A stretch of 64,000 nt of DNA, from NCBI GenBank assembly GCA_031414775.1, contig JANOQI010000016.1, forward strand, positions 256,001 through 320,000, in the 5' to 3' direction. The DNA is from Synechococcales cyanobacterium VAR_4_metabat_354 (GTDB lineage Bacteria; Cyanobacteriota; Cyanobacteriia; Cyanobacteriales; Chamaesiphonaceae). Positions 38,986 through 49,881 of this stretch are shown here, one piece after another (the stretch's first letter is position 1; every line of letters begins with the position of its first letter). Below the pieces are notes generated by a model. The model made no database searches. It was not told where the DNA came from and was given only the letters and a program-made list of their open reading frames with translations. A program made the position numbers and the translations under genes.

Positions 38986-40953
38986 ATGCAAATCCGTCTT
39001 AGTTGGACAGACCCAGTTACTGGGGAACAACGGGAACCAAGTCTGAATACCCCGATCGCTCTAGGTCGAGAGTTTTCGCAGCTGCCAGCCGAAATTGAAG
39101 GTCGCCGGGTGTCGCGTATTCAACTCCAGGATGAGGGAATTTCTCGCTTTCATGCTTTACTAATCGAAGAAAATGGTCGGCTGGTGGCGATCGATCAAGA
39201 TAGTAGCAATGGCCTGAGTATTAATGGCCAAAAGCAGTTGCGGGGTTATCTAAACAACGGCGATTGTCTCGGTCTGGATCGCTATCAAATTCTCGTCGGT
39301 CAAGTTGAACCGCCGACGAGCACTTCTAAAATTCTCTTCAACCCGATTACTAATGTCCCGGATCCGCACATCACCAATCCTGGCAATGTGAGTTCCGAAC
39401 TGAGTTTTCGCCCCCAAATTTTTCAACGAGAGCAGGTCAGCATTGACGATCTTCATGCTACTGGTCTGAGTATTGAAATCGTGGACTATGCTGCTGTCGG
39501 TGGTGGCTTTGGTAGTTTTGCCTGGGTGGATTTGCTACGGATTGCTGGCGTGCGAGCCGATCAAATTGTCGTCCTCAGCCCCGAAAAATCGGTGTATGGT
39601 CGTTATCATCAACTTTGCCGTCATGCCCACATCTCGGCTAAAGAACGCATTCGATCGGCTGCCGATGCTTGCCCAGATAATCCGTGGGGATTTCCTAGTT
39701 ATGGGATGCGAGAAGCCGCTCAAAAACTGGCCCGGGGTCAGTTTAAACAGGGGTTACGGGTACTGTGGCAAATATTTACGGAGCCCCTGTTTGGCCAACA
39801 ATACGGGCCCACCGACGAACAAATTTTAAAAGCAGTCGATCGAGAAGTTGCCCGCATTAGTTGGCAGACCATGCTGCGCTATGCATTAGTGCAATCGATT
39901 CGGAAAACTACCGACGGGCGCTATGCCCTATTGTTTAATCAGGGTGATAGCTACGCTCTAGTGATTGCCCGCTATGTCCATTTAGCCACTGGTTACCCAT
40001 CGATCGAGTTTTTGCCAGATTTGCAGCAATACCGGCAACAGACCAAAGATTTTCAGTCGGTGGTCAATGCTTACGAAAATCACGACCACATTTACGACCA
40101 CCTCAGCAATCGGGGGGGCAAAATATTACTGCGGGGGGCTGGTATGGTTGCGGGCCGTATCTTGCAGCATATCTACGCCGTGCGTCGTGCCCATCCCGAA
40201 AAAAATATTGATGTGATCCATTTGTGGCCAGCCGCCAAAACCCAGGGTCAGCAGTACGGAGCTGCCCAGCGACCCATCCATCTGGGTTATGAGATTCAAG
40301 CATTAGACTGGCCAAAATCTGCTTGGGGTGGTGCTTACAAAATGACCTTAGCGGAGTCTACTAACGAGCAACAGGCTCAGCTACTCAGCATCTGGTCAGG
40401 GCCGACTATTCCCCAACACCAAGACTGGCATCGGATTCTCTCTGGCGGTATTAGCAAAGGTTGGTATCAACAAGTACTGGGTATGGTGCAAACAGTAGCT
40501 CGCCACCCCAACCAAAATGGTCTATTGGTGACTCTCCGAAATTCTTCCCCAGAAACGCCGAATCAAAAGGGGAATAATCAGCCCCAGTCATTGGTTGTGG
40601 ATTACATCATCGATGCCACTGGCCAGCCGGGCACCGTCATGGATAGTGAATTACTGGCTGATTTAGTTCAGCACTATCATTTACCTTTGAACACGGGGGG
40701 AGCTTTTCCTAGCAATCCAGATTTTGAAATCTTGAGTATGCGTAACCAAGAAACCGGTCGCATGTATGGAGCTGGATCGATTACGGCTGGCAATAGCTAT
40801 GGACCTGTAGACAGTTTTTTGGGTCTTCAGTATGCTGCTCTGGCTTCGATCTGTAGTTTAACGGATGCCGATGCGATCGGACTCCAACAATTAAACTGGC
40901 TGAAATCTGGTAAACAATGGCTGAAATGGCTATTGAACAAGTCTCCCCGTTAA
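38986..40953 (+). CDS. FHA domain fused to FAD/NAD(P)-binding oxidoreductase-like domain
   Basis: FHA: LGR, ISRFHA, SSNG..ING; Rossmann AVGGGFGS, HLATGY, LRGAGMVA, IIDATG. Confidence 0.8.
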   Translation: MQIRLSWTDPVTGEQREPSLNTPIALGREFSQLPAEIEGRRVSRIQLQDEGISRFHALLIEENGRLVAIDQDSSNGLSINGQKQLRGYLNNGDCLGLDRYQILVGQVEPPTSTSKILFNPITNVPDPHITNPGNVSSELSFRPQIFQREQVSIDDLHATGLSIEIVDYAAVGGGFGSFAWVDLLRIAGVRADQIVVLSPEKSVYGRYHQLCRHAHISAKERIRSAADACPDNPWGFPSYGMREAAQKLARGQFKQGLRVLWQIFTEPLFGQQYGPTDEQILKAVDREVARISWQTMLRYALVQSIRKTTDGRYALLFNQGDSYALVIARYVHLATGYPSIEFLPDLQQYRQQTKDFQSVVNAYENHDHIYDHLSNRGGKILLRGAGMVAGRILQHIYAVRRAHPEKNIDVIHLWPAAKTQGQQYGAAQRPIHLGYEIQALDWPKSAWGGAYKMTLAESTNEQQAQLLSIWSGPTIPQHQDWHRILSGGISKGWYQQVLGMVQTVARHPNQNGLLVTLRNSSPETPNQKGNNQPQSLVVDYIIDATGQPGTVMDSELLADLVQHYHLPLNTGGAFPSNPDFEILSMRNQETGRMYGAGSITAGNSYGPVDSFLGLQYAALASICSLTDADAIGLQQLNWLKSGKQWLKWLLNKSPR

Positions 40954-40963
40954 ATCCTGCAAT

Positions 40964-41293
40964 TTACATATTGGCAATCGCTGAGATCTTATTTAGCTTC
41001 ACAATATCTAAACCGACCAAATCATCCATACTTAGCCAGCCATCATGCAAAAGTGTGGCAAATACAAAAACCAAAGCCGGTTCGCGATAATCATACTTGC
41101 CTTCAATTTCGTGGCGTTTAGAATTTAACCTGTCGTTCAGCCGCCAAATCTCATCTAGACCTTCGATCGACTTAGAATTCTGTTGAACCTCGGCAATGAG
41201 AGCGTTGGTTTCTCGACGATAAGCCAGTTCAAAAGCTGATTGCGCGACGGCGTGTTCGGCTGGGGACCACTGTTGTTCTGTTAATGACTGCAT
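40964..41293 (-). CDS. frp: Fluorescence recovery protein (FRP)
   Basis: WS.AE...A...F..AY.RE, W.L...L.SKRHEI.GKYD, VFVFA.LL..G; 109 aa. Confidence 0.85.
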   Translation of the reverse strand: MQSLTEQQWSPAEHAVAQSAFELAYRRETNALIAEVQQNSKSIEGLDEIWRLNDRLNSKRHEIEGKYDYREPALVFVFATLLHDGWLSMDDLVGLDIVKLNKISAIANM

Positions 41294-41297
41294 TGAT

Positions 41298-41325
41298 TTA
41301 GATTTTTAGAATTAGATTTTTAGAA
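41298..41325. repeat. Perfect 14-bp tandem repeat in frp leader
   Basis: TTAGATTTTTAGAA x2. Confidence 0.8.
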
Positions 41326-41571
41326 GATGTGGGCGGTAATTTATTCTAACCCAGTCTCTGATAAGGGTTGGGAGTGCTGTTTTGCTGAAAAATGGGCGAA
41401 CAGTAATTCCACAGTACTCATTAGACTTGATTAATTGTTTCATAAATTTAATAAATCTTAACATTCATTGAGACGTTGACACAAGCTGGTAGTTCAGATG
41501 ATTCCATCAATCGTCAGGATGTATAATGCGGTTTTCCATCTCCCAACTCTTCTTTCAGCTCTCATAAAAAT

Positions 41572-42387
41572 ATGAAAAGACGCGATTTACTATTAGCAGT
41601 TTCCGGCATTTCTACCGCCACCGTAATCGCAGGCATGGACTCCATGCTGGCTAGATCGATTGTGCCAACTAAAGGGCGAATGGTGGAGCTAGATACTGAC
41701 TTAAGGGGTTACTATGTGGCACCGAAAACCACCAAACCAGTACCGGCCATCTTAGTGATGATGGAAGCCTTCGGTCTCAATGACAACATCAAAGGCGTTT
41801 GCGACAGGCTGGCTCAGAATGGCTATACAGCTTTAGCACCGGACTTCTATCACGGGTCTGTTTTTTCCTACAAGGATATGAAGGGGGCGATCGCCAAGCT
41901 CAAAAGTCTCAAGGATGAGGTGGTGATGGCTGAATTTGGCAAAGGATTAGAGTTTTTAAACAAACAAAAAGTAGTCAGTCGCAAGGGTGTCGGTGTGACT
42001 GGTTTTTGTATGGGTGGTCGCCTCACCTTTTTGGCCAACGCCACCTATCCTCAACAGGTGAAGGCCGCTGTCTCGTTTTATGGTGGCGGCATCGCTGCTA
42101 AAGATGATCTAGCTGGACGGCAGAATTTGCTAGTTCAAGCCAAAAAAATGCAGGCTCCACTGATGCTGATGTACGGCAGCGAGGATTCTTATATCATGGC
42201 TGAAGAGCATGAGCGCATCGCCCTAGCCTTGTCTCAGGCCAAAAAACGCTATGCGATTAATGTGTTTCCAGGCGCTGGCCACGGCTTTATGAGCGATCGC
42301 CGCGATAGCTATAATCTAGCTGCTGCCACCGAAGCTTGGGAGATGACTATGGCCTTCTTCGATCGACACCTGGGGCGCAAGCGCTAA
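41572..42387 (+). CDS. Dienelactone hydrolase family protein with Tat-like leader
   Basis: EAFGLN, APDFY, GFCMGG, GHGF; N-terminal KRRDLL. Confidence 0.9.
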   Translation: MKRRDLLLAVSGISTATVIAGMDSMLARSIVPTKGRMVELDTDLRGYYVAPKTTKPVPAILVMMEAFGLNDNIKGVCDRLAQNGYTALAPDFYHGSVFSYKDMKGAIAKLKSLKDEVVMAEFGKGLEFLNKQKVVSRKGVGVTGFCMGGRLTFLANATYPQQVKAAVSFYGGGIAAKDDLAGRQNLLVQAKKMQAPLMLMYGSEDSYIMAEEHERIALALSQAKKRYAINVFPGAGHGFMSDRRDSYNLAAATEAWEMTMAFFDRHLGRKR

Positions 42388-42455
42388 AATAGAGTTAGCC
42401 GCGAACAACCAGATTTCGCCAAATCTGTTATATTTATCAAGCTCAAATTTTGGCC

Positions 42456-45400
42456 ATGCCCTTACCCAATATGAATCAAGCTGACCGCCGTGGGAATTCG
42501 GATCGCCAGCTGGCTATTCCAGCTCATCAACAAACTTATGCTGGTCAGAAATGGCTCGTTGAGGAGCGGGATGCTTGTGGGGTCGGATTCATTGCCTCAC
42601 CAGCTGGTCAGCCGACTCATCGGTTGCTGGAGCAAACCTTGACGGCCTTGACTTGCATGGAACATCGAGGGGGCTGTAGTGCCGATCGAGATTCCGGCGA
42701 TGGGGCTGGGATTTTGACGGCGGTGCCTTGGCCATTGCTGCAAGCCTGGGGTCAATCTCAAAATCTAGACTTGAGCAAAACTGCCAATTTGGCCGTTGGA
42801 ATGGTGTTTCTGCCCCAAGCTGATGATAGGTTGTCAGCAGTCAAAGAGGCGGTGGCTGAGGTGATCCGCCAGGAAAATTTACAACTACTGGGCTGGCGAG
42901 TGGTGCCGGTGAAACCAGAGGTTTTGGGGGAGCAAGCGCGCAGCAATCAACCTTATATCGAGCAAATGATTGTGGCGGGTGAATTGACTGGCGACGAGTG
43001 GGAGCGCCAGCTCTATTTGGTGCGCCGCAAGATTGTCAAAACACTGCAAGCGGCTGGCCGGGTGAAACCAGGGGATGATTTTTATATCTGTTCTCTATCT
43101 AGTCGCACGATTGTCTATAAGGGGATGGTGCGATCGGCTGTCCTTGGTCAGTTCTACTCAGATTTAACCAATCCGCTGTTTGTGAGTAACTTTGCGGTCT
43201 ACCATCGGCGCTTTAGTACCAATACCATGCCCAAATGGCCGTTGGCGCAACCGATGCGGATGCTTGGTCACAATGGCGAAATCAACACCCTCTTAGGCAA
43301 TATCAATTGGATGACTGCCCGGGAAAAAGATTTAGATCATCCGGTTTGGAACGGGAGACTGAAAGAACTCCAGCCGATCTTGAATCTAGATAATAGCGAC
43401 TCTGGTACCTTAGACAATGTTTTGGAGCTAATGGTCAGGTCGGGGCGTAGTCCGATCGAAGGCTTGATGATTATGGTGCCGGAAGCCTATCAGAATCAGC
43501 CAGATTTAGAACAATATCCAGAAATTACGGACTTTTACAACTACTACAACGGCTTGCAAGAAGCCTGGGATGGCCCAGCGCTGTTGGCTTTTAGTGATGG
43601 TAAATTAGTTGGCGCTAGTCTTGATCGCAATGGCCTGCGACCAGCTCGCTACTGCATTACCAAAGATGGCTACATTGTGGTTGGCTCCGAAGCCGGGGTG
43701 GTAGATCTGCCGATTGAGAGCATTGCCGAGAAAGGCCGGTTAGGTCCGGGGCAATCGATTGTGGTGAACTTAGAAACGCATGAAGTACTGCACAACTGGG
43801 AAGTGAAGCAGCGCGTGGCTCAATCTTTACCCTACGGTGCCTGGCTGAACCAGCATGGCAAAACATTAGCCGTCCAACCTTTTGGCAGTGAGCGGCAAGT
43901 TGCTGCCGAGCTATTGATCCAGCAGCAGTCGGCTTTTGGCTACACCTCTGAAGATGTAGAAATGATCGTCAATGACATGGCCGAAAATGCTAAAGAACCG
44001 ACTTTCTGTATGGGCGATGATACGCCCTTGGCGGTGCTGTCCAGTAAAGCCCACCCGCTCTATGACTATTTCAAACAGCGGTTTGCCCAAGTTACTAATC
44101 CGGCGATCGATCCGTTGCGCGAAAAGTTGGTGATGTCTTTAGAAATGGTGCTGGGCAAGAAAGGTAATCTGCTAGAAGCCAAGCCGGAATTCGCCAGTCA
44201 ACTGCGCCTCCTGAGTCCGGTGCTGAATGAGGCCGAGCTAGAAGAAATTAAGGTGTCAACCTTGGGCACAGCCTTTTTATCGACAGTTTATCCAGTGGGT
44301 GAAGATTTGCGAACGGCTACTGACCAGCTTTGCGCGGCGGCGGTGGCCGCTGTCCAAGCTGGCCAGCAAATCATCGTGCTCAGTGATTGGACAGACAGTG
44401 GCTTAAATGATGAAACGACCTATCTACCGCCCTTACTAGCCGTTGGTGCCGTCCACCACCATCTCATTCAGCAGGGCTTGCGATCGCAAGTTTCGATTGT
44501 GGTGGATACGGCGCAGTGTTGGAGCACCCATCATTTTGCTTGTTTGATTGGCTATGGGGCTTCGGCAGTCTGTCCTTACCTGGCTTGGGAATCGGTTCGT
44601 AATTGGTGGCATTCTACTAAGGTACAGAATGCGATCGAACGCCAAGAAACTACCATCACGATTACTCAAGCCCAGGCTAACTATCGCAAGGCGGCGGAAG
44701 ATGGCCTGTTGAAAGTGCTATCTAAGATGGGAATCTCTTTGCTGTCTTCCTATCACGGTGCTCAGATTTTTGAAGCGATCGGACTGGGTGGCGACCTCTT
44801 GGATTTGGCCTTTAAGGGCACTCCTTCCCGGATTGGTGGTTTGACCATCGCCGATTTAGCGCGGGAAACCCTGATTTTTCATCATCGGGCGTTCCCGACA
44901 GCAGCGAAAAAATTAGAGAACCTGGGTTTCTTTAACTATCGTCCGAGTGGTGAATATCATATGAATAGTCCGCAGTTGGCCAAGGCACTACACAAAGCCG
45001 TAGATGCCTATCAGACTCAGGCGGGCTATGATCACTATGAAACTTATAAACATCATCTGCGTGATCGACCACTGACCGCGCTGCGGGACTTGCTAGATTT
45101 CCAAGGCGATCAGCCATCGATCGAGCTGGCGGAAGTCGAATCTGTTCAGGACATCGTGAAGCGTTTTTGCACTGGCGGCATGTCTTTGGGCGCTTTATCG
45201 CGGGAAGCCCATGAGGTATTAGCAATCGCCATGAATCGGATTGGTGCCAAATCGAATAGTGGCGAAGGCGGTGAAGACCCGGTGCGCTACAAAGTGCTGG
45301 ATGATGTCCAAGATGGCAAGTCGGCAATTCTGCCTCACCTGAAAGGACTAAAGAATGGCGACACGGCACTGAGTGCCATTAAACAAATTGCCTCCGGTCG

Positions 45401-47096
45401 CTTTGGCGTTACGCCCGAATACTTGATGAGCGCCCGGCAGCTAGAAATTAAACTGGCTCAGGGAGCTAAACCGGGCGAAGGCGGTCAGTTGCCGGGCAAG
45501 AAAGTCAGCCCTTACATTGCGATGCTGCGCCGCTCGAAACCCGGGGTCACCTTGATTTCACCACCGCCCCACCACGATATTTATTCGATCGAGGATCTAG
45601 AGCAACTAATTTATGATTTGCACCAAATCAATCCTCAGGCGCGGGTCTCGGTGAAGCTAGTCTCGGAAGTGGGGATTGGCACTATTGCGGCGGGGGTGGC
45701 CAAAGCCAACGCCGATGTTATTCAGATCTCCGGCCACGATGGTGGCACTGGCGCATCACCCCTGAGTTCGATCAAACATGCTGGTAGTCCTTGGGAATTG
45801 GGTCTCACCGAAGTCCATCGGGTATTGATGGAAAACAAACTGCGCGATCGAGTGTTGCTGCGGGTAGATGGTGGTCTCAAATCCGGCTGGGATGTGATTA
45901 TTGCCGCTTTGATGGGCGCAGAAGAATATGGCTTTGGTTCGATCGCAATGATTGCTGAAGGTTGTATCATGGCGCGGATTTGTCATACTAACAGCTGTCC
46001 CGTCGGCGTAGCTTCCCAGCGCGAAGATTTACGCAAACGCTTCCCTGGTATTCCTGAGCAAGTCGTGAACTTCTTCTACTTTATTGCCGAAGAAGTCCGC
46101 CAACTGCTGGCTAAATTGGGCTATCGATCGATCAATGAAATCGTGGGTAGAGCCGATTTATTACACTATAATTCTGAATCTCAATTGACCAAAGTTCAAG
46201 CACTGAATCTAGACTGCCTGACTAAACTACCCGATGCCAAGATCGATCGATCATTTTTAGTGCATGGTGACGTGCATTCTAATGGCGATGTGTTGGATGA
46301 CCGGATATTAGCCAATGCGGAAATCCAGGCAGCGATTCAGAATCAGGGCGTGACCAGTCACACTTGGGAAATTGTCAACACTGATCGATCAGTGGGTACG
46401 AGAGTTTCGGGGGCGATTGCCAAAAAGTATGGTGACAGTGGCTTTGAAGGTCAGCTCACCCTCAACTTCAACGGTTCAGCTGGTCAGAGTTTCGGTGCTT
46501 TCAACCATGAGGGGGTTAGCCTGGTTTTGACTGGGGAGAGCAATGATTATGTAGGCAAAGGTATTAACGGTGGTGAGATTATCATTAAACCAGCTGCCGG
46601 GGTTGGTTACGATCGACAGCAGAATGTGATCATTGGTAATACCTGCTTGTATGGCGGTACTGGCGGCTTCTTGTTTGCCAACGGTATGGCTGGCGAGCGG
46701 TTTGCGGTGCGGAACTCGCGAACGACAGCCGTGGTGGAAGGTACTGGTGATCACTGTTGTGAGTATATGACGGGTGGGGTTGTAGTGGTGCTGGGGCAAG
46801 TGGGTCGCAATGTGGGAGCGGGGATGACGGGTGGTTTGAGCTATTTCTTGGATGAGGATAATAGCTTAACTGCCAAGATTAATCCGGAAAGTGTGAAGTG
46901 GCAACGGGTGACTAGTACTGAAGGAATTAATCAGTTGCGGCAGTTGATTGAGGCTCATGCGCAGAAGACGGGGAGTCCGAAGGCACAGGAGATTTTGGCG
47001 AATTTTGTAGTTTATCTGCCGCAGTTTTGGCAGTTGGTGCCGCCGTCGGAAGCGGATACTCCGGAGGCTAGTACTAAGGAGGCTGTGAGTGCTTAG
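42456..47096 (+). CDS. glsF: Ferredoxin-dependent glutamate synthase
   Basis: ERDA/CGVGF Ntn start, [40 protein letters not shown]; Fd-type insert; no gltD adjacent. Confidence 0.93.
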   Translation: MPLPNMNQADRRGNSDRQLAIPAHQQTYAGQKWLVEERDACGVGFIASPAGQPTHRLLEQTLTALTCMEHRGGCSADRDSGDGAGILTAVPWPLLQAWGQSQNLDLSKTANLAVGMVFLPQADDRLSAVKEAVAEVIRQENLQLLGWRVVPVKPEVLGEQARSNQPYIEQMIVAGELTGDEWERQLYLVRRKIVKTLQAAGRVKPGDDFYICSLSSRTIVYKGMVRSAVLGQFYSDLTNPLFVSNFAVYHRRFSTNTMPKWPLAQPMRMLGHNGEINTLLGNINWMTAREKDLDHPVWNGRLKELQPILNLDNSDSGTLDNVLELMVRSGRSPIEGLMIMVPEAYQNQPDLEQYPEITDFYNYYNGLQEAWDGPALLAFSDGKLVGASLDRNGLRPARYCITKDGYIVVGSEAGVVDLPIESIAEKGRLGPGQSIVVNLETHEVLHNWEVKQRVAQSLPYGAWLNQHGKTLAVQPFGSERQVAAELLIQQQSAFGYTSEDVEMIVNDMAENAKEPTFCMGDDTPLAVLSSKAHPLYDYFKQRFAQVTNPAIDPLREKLVMSLEMVLGKKGNLLEAKPEFASQLRLLSPVLNEAELEEIKVSTLGTAFLSTVYPVGEDLRTATDQLCAAAVAAVQAGQQIIVLSDWTDSGLNDETTYLPPLLAVGAVHHHLIQQGLRSQVSIVVDTAQCWSTHHFACLIGYGASAVCPYLAWESVRNWWHSTKVQNAIERQETTITITQAQANYRKAAEDGLLKVLSKMGISLLSSYHGAQIFEAIGLGGDLLDLAFKGTPSRIGGLTIADLARETLIFHHRAFPTAAKKLENLGFFNYRPSGEYHMNSPQLAKALHKAVDAYQTQAGYDHYETYKHHLRDRPLTALRDLLDFQGDQPSIELAEVESVQDIVKRFCTGGMSLGALSREAHEVLAIAMNRIGAKSNSGEGGEDPVRYKVLDDVQDGKSAILPHLKGLKNGDTALSAIKQIASGRFGVTPEYLMSARQLEIKLAQGAKPGEGGQLPGKKVSPYIAMLRRSKPGVTLISPPPHHDIYSIEDLEQLIYDLHQINPQARVSVKLVSEVGIGTIAAGVAKANADVIQISGHDGGTGASPLSSIKHAGSPWELGLTEVHRVLMENKLRDRVLLRVDGGLKSGWDVIIAALMGAEEYGFGSIAMIAEGCIMARICHTNSCPVGVASQREDLRKRFPGIPEQVVNFFYFIAEEVRQLLAKLGYRSINEIVGRADLLHYNSESQLTKVQALNLDCLTKLPDAKIDRSFLVHGDVHSNGDVLDDRILANAEIQAAIQNQGVTSHTWEIVNTDRSVGTRVSGAIAKKYGDSGFEGQLTLNFNGSAGQSFGAFNHEGVSLVLTGESNDYVGKGINGGEIIIKPAAGVGYDRQQNVIIGNTCLYGGTGGFLFANGMAGERFAVRNSRTTAVVEGTGDHCCEYMTGGVVVVLGQVGRNVGAGMTGGLSYFLDEDNSLTAKINPESVKWQRVTSTEGINQLRQLIEAHAQKTGSPKAQEILANFVVYLPQFWQLVPPSEADTPEASTKEAVSA

Positions 47097-47120
47097 ATTT
47101 TAATATCATCAAGGCTATAA

Positions 47121-47146
47121 GGTAGAGTGGACTAGTTCACTTTACC
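47121..47146 (+). terminator. Hairpin downstream of glsF
   Basis: GGTAGAGTG-N8-CACTTTACC. Confidence 0.5.
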
Positions 47147-47199
47147 GTTGTCTTGTTTGGGATTAAAGATTTGATCAAACATAGACAAATTCAACAGCC

Positions 47200-47544
47200 A
47201 TGGGGAAATTAAACCCGCAAACCACTGAAACGATTTGGGATCTGCAACGTCAACTCTTAGAAATTATCGATGCAGCTAAAACATTAGAACTATCTCTATT
47301 TGACTCTTTTGGAGAAACTGAGCGTAGCATAAGTTACTTAGATGAACTCCAAAGTATTGCAGAACAAGCAACAGATCGGTTTTCGCGATTTTCCACCTTC
47401 CAAATCAGGATTGCGAATACCCAACCTCCAATATCACCTGATATCATAGATTTAGTCGATCGAGTAATTGAAAGCACTCAGCAAAAAATCCCGGCTCTAG
47501 AGCGTAGTATCCAAGAAATTAGACAGGAATGGAGATTATCATGA
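47200..47544 (+). CDS. Hypothetical alpha-helical protein
   Basis: 114-aa intact ATG ORF with amphipathic helices. Confidence 0.75.
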   Translation: MGKLNPQTTETIWDLQRQLLEIIDAAKTLELSLFDSFGETERSISYLDELQSIAEQATDRFSRFSTFQIRIANTQPPISPDIIDLVDRVIESTQQKIPALERSIQEIRQEWRLS

Positions 47545-47738
47545 ATGATGGCCAACGACCAATAATGCCAGATCTGGCTATGGACAGCCGATTAATCGGG
47601 AATCTACGCCGTGCTCGACTCGATTTTGCAGAAGTCGATCTTCAACTGGAAGAGCTGGTGGCTAAGTGTGATGAAGTTATCCGTCAGCAAAAATTACAAC
47701 GTATTCAGACAAAAAAAGCAAACGTAGCGATCGGTTAA
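47541..47738 (+). CDS. Small hypothetical coiled-coil protein
   Basis: ATGA start/stop overlap with the upstream gene; 65 aa. Confidence 0.65.
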   Translation: MNDGQRPIMPDLAMDSRLIGNLRRARLDFAEVDLQLEELVAKCDEVIRQQKLQRIQTKKANVAIG

Positions 47739-47947
47739 ATGTAAATGCCGTTTACACAGCGTTTACTTTTCCGCGCAGGCAATGCCCACAGGCAACAAAC
47801 TGTATGAAAAATTTGGGGTACGCTGCTTGATCGACATCTCTTTATCGATTTGAGTTACACTGAAAAATTAGTAGGCACGGCTCACCCTAATAGAAATTAA
47901 AATTATTAATGTATGGGTTTAGTCCAAAACCACACTAAGAGGATTCA

Positions 47948-48677
47948 TTGTTCATAAATAATAGATGGCAATTCCTACTGAAAGGCATGTGCCCACCATT
48001 AGCAGTTCGTTCATGTCTAATGCAAAGTCCTTATTTGTGTATTTATGATTCCATAAATGATGATCTTGATTGCTCGACAAGTGACTATAGGTTTACAAGT
48101 ATCTACTTTAATAACCAAGATGACTGCGAAAAAGTTTGGCAAATAGGTTATGAGCTAATTTCTCTTTTCAATGGTACATATTTGTTGTTAGATTCTGAAT
48201 TTTGTAAAATTGAGATATGTGAGTTACTCAATGATGGAGTAGGGCAAAGAAACTGTAAGAATGAATTATTACCTGTTTTTTTAGAAAAGCCAGATGAACC
48301 CGTGGCCGATGAATTTCCGAAAGACAACATTAATATTCGTCTTAGGCTACTGAATAAAGCTATTGAAGATAAAGGCGTGTATTTGATATTAAGGTATTTC
48401 GATATGGAGCCAAATTGGAATACATATTATAAAATACTTGAAACAGTTGAAAATCTATCAAGAGAAGAAAATGTCACTACACCTATCGATCAAGTAAGCA
48501 AGAACAAAATTTAGAAATACTGCCAATAACTATTCATTGTCTGGTATTGATTCTCGTCATGGGATCAAGAAACATGAGAAGGAAAATCGAACGCCATCGA
48601 TGGGAATCGCTGAAGCACACAAGTTCATTCGTGATGTGGCAAAAAAGTACATCCACAGAAAAATGTCTACCGGCTGA
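47948..48677 (+). pseudogene. Frameshifted HEPN/MauJ-like protein
   Basis: ORF ...WNTYYKILE... stops at 48514; removing one A at 48506-48509 adds FRNTANNYSLSGIDSRHG...M.IAEAHKFIR to TGA 48677. Confidence 0.65.
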
Positions 48678-49194
48678 CGGAGACGGTTTTTAGTACGTCA
48701 CTGCTCACAGGCCAAGAGCCAGACTTATCAACAGAATCCACGCTATTATCGATTATCTTAGGTACGTTGCTCGATCGATATCCCTTCATCGATAGAACTA
48801 TACTAAAATATTGGCAAGATCCGTTTCCCAAAGTTCCCTTGTAAGATTTAATCATTGTCCAGTCAGTGATTTCCAGCCCTGGAACCTTTCTAAAATCTCG
48901 TGAATTGCGGGTAACAACAATCGCTTTCCGAGACAGAGCAATTGCCGCTATCTTCAAATCTTGGGTGCCAACTCGAATTTTTTGTGCCTTTATTTCTTGA
49001 TAGCAAGCCGCTGCTTTGTGGTCAAAATCTAAAACGTTAACAGTTTGAAAATATTCTACTGTACGATTCAAACTCAAATAAGCTGGAGTCAAATCATCGA
49101 TCGATTTAGCTTTTCTGATTTTATTCAACCTGCCATACATCTGCTCTTCTAAAGTGATGATAGTTACAGCAATGTCATTTGGCTCGATCGACAT
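48667..49194 (-). pseudogene. 5'-truncated VapC/PIN toxin with unrelated C-terminal extension
   Basis: AVTIITLEEQ, GTQDLKIAAIAL, VVTRNSRDF.KVPGL..DW; N-terminal xLDT motif absent. Confidence 0.75.
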
Positions 49195-49256
49195 GCCCTC
49201 ATCGATCGAACACTCAAGCTAAAATAAAAGAGTTAGAGCGCAGAGAGGTTCAACCC

Positions 49257-49499
49257 ATGCCCGAATCATCAACGCATCCCATACTAGAAACAACAATCTT
49301 AGAATATCTTCAGAAACTGCCCGAGACACTTCAGCATGAAGTTTTGCACTATACTCAGTTTTTACTCGAAACCCATACAAAAAACACATTGCCACCACAG
49401 CCAAAACGACAAGCAGGTTTTCTCAAAGGCACTTTTGCTTTACCGCTACCTGAAGACTTTAATGAACCACTAGCAGATTTCCAGGAGTATATGGAGTGA
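49257..49499 (+). CDS. DUF2281-type antitoxin
   Basis: KLPE.LQ.EVLHY..FL, KRQAG.LKG, LPEDFNEPL.DF.EYM. Confidence 0.85.
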   Translation: MPESSTHPILETTILEYLQKLPETLQHEVLHYTQFLLETHTKNTLPPQPKRQAGFLKGTFALPLPEDFNEPLADFQEYME

Positions 49500-49881
49500 C
49501 TAGTCTACTTTTGGATACTCATGCTTTTATCTGGTATTAAGAAAATGATCCGAAGTTACCTGATCGACTAAAAACAGAAATAGAAACAGCCGATCGAGTT
49601 TACATTAGCATCGCTAGTTTGTGGGAAATTGCGATTAAGCTCAGTATCAAAAAGTTATCACTTTTGTCGAGCTATGAATCGATCGAGGCTAGTTTAGAAC
49701 CTGCTGGAATTAGCTTGCTACCGATTTCTTTCGCAGACACTGTTCACATCATAAATCTACCACTTTATCATCGCGATCCATTTGACAGGATTCTCATAGC
49801 CCAAGCGATCGATCGTCTCTCACTGTGGTGAGTGGTGATTCCACTTTCAAGGCATATCCAATTCAAGTTCTATGGGAATGA
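49496..49881 (+). pseudogene. VapC/PIN toxin pseudogene
   Basis: GTG start overlaps antitoxin stop; LLDTHAFIWY then TAA at 49538; SLWEIAIK, HRDPFDRILIAQA; frameshift near 49815-49823 before LTVVSGD..F.AYPIQVLW. Confidence 0.85.

Noticed and set aside
41403..41417. NtcA-like site GTA-N9-TAC between frp and the hydrolase
   Set aside because: Spacer is 9 nt, not 8.
42456..47096. NADH-GOGAT large subunit (gltB)
   Set aside because: The ferredoxin-type insert is present and no gltD follows.
47739..47850. Possible GNAT remnant (KLYEKFG)
   Set aside because: Too short to support.
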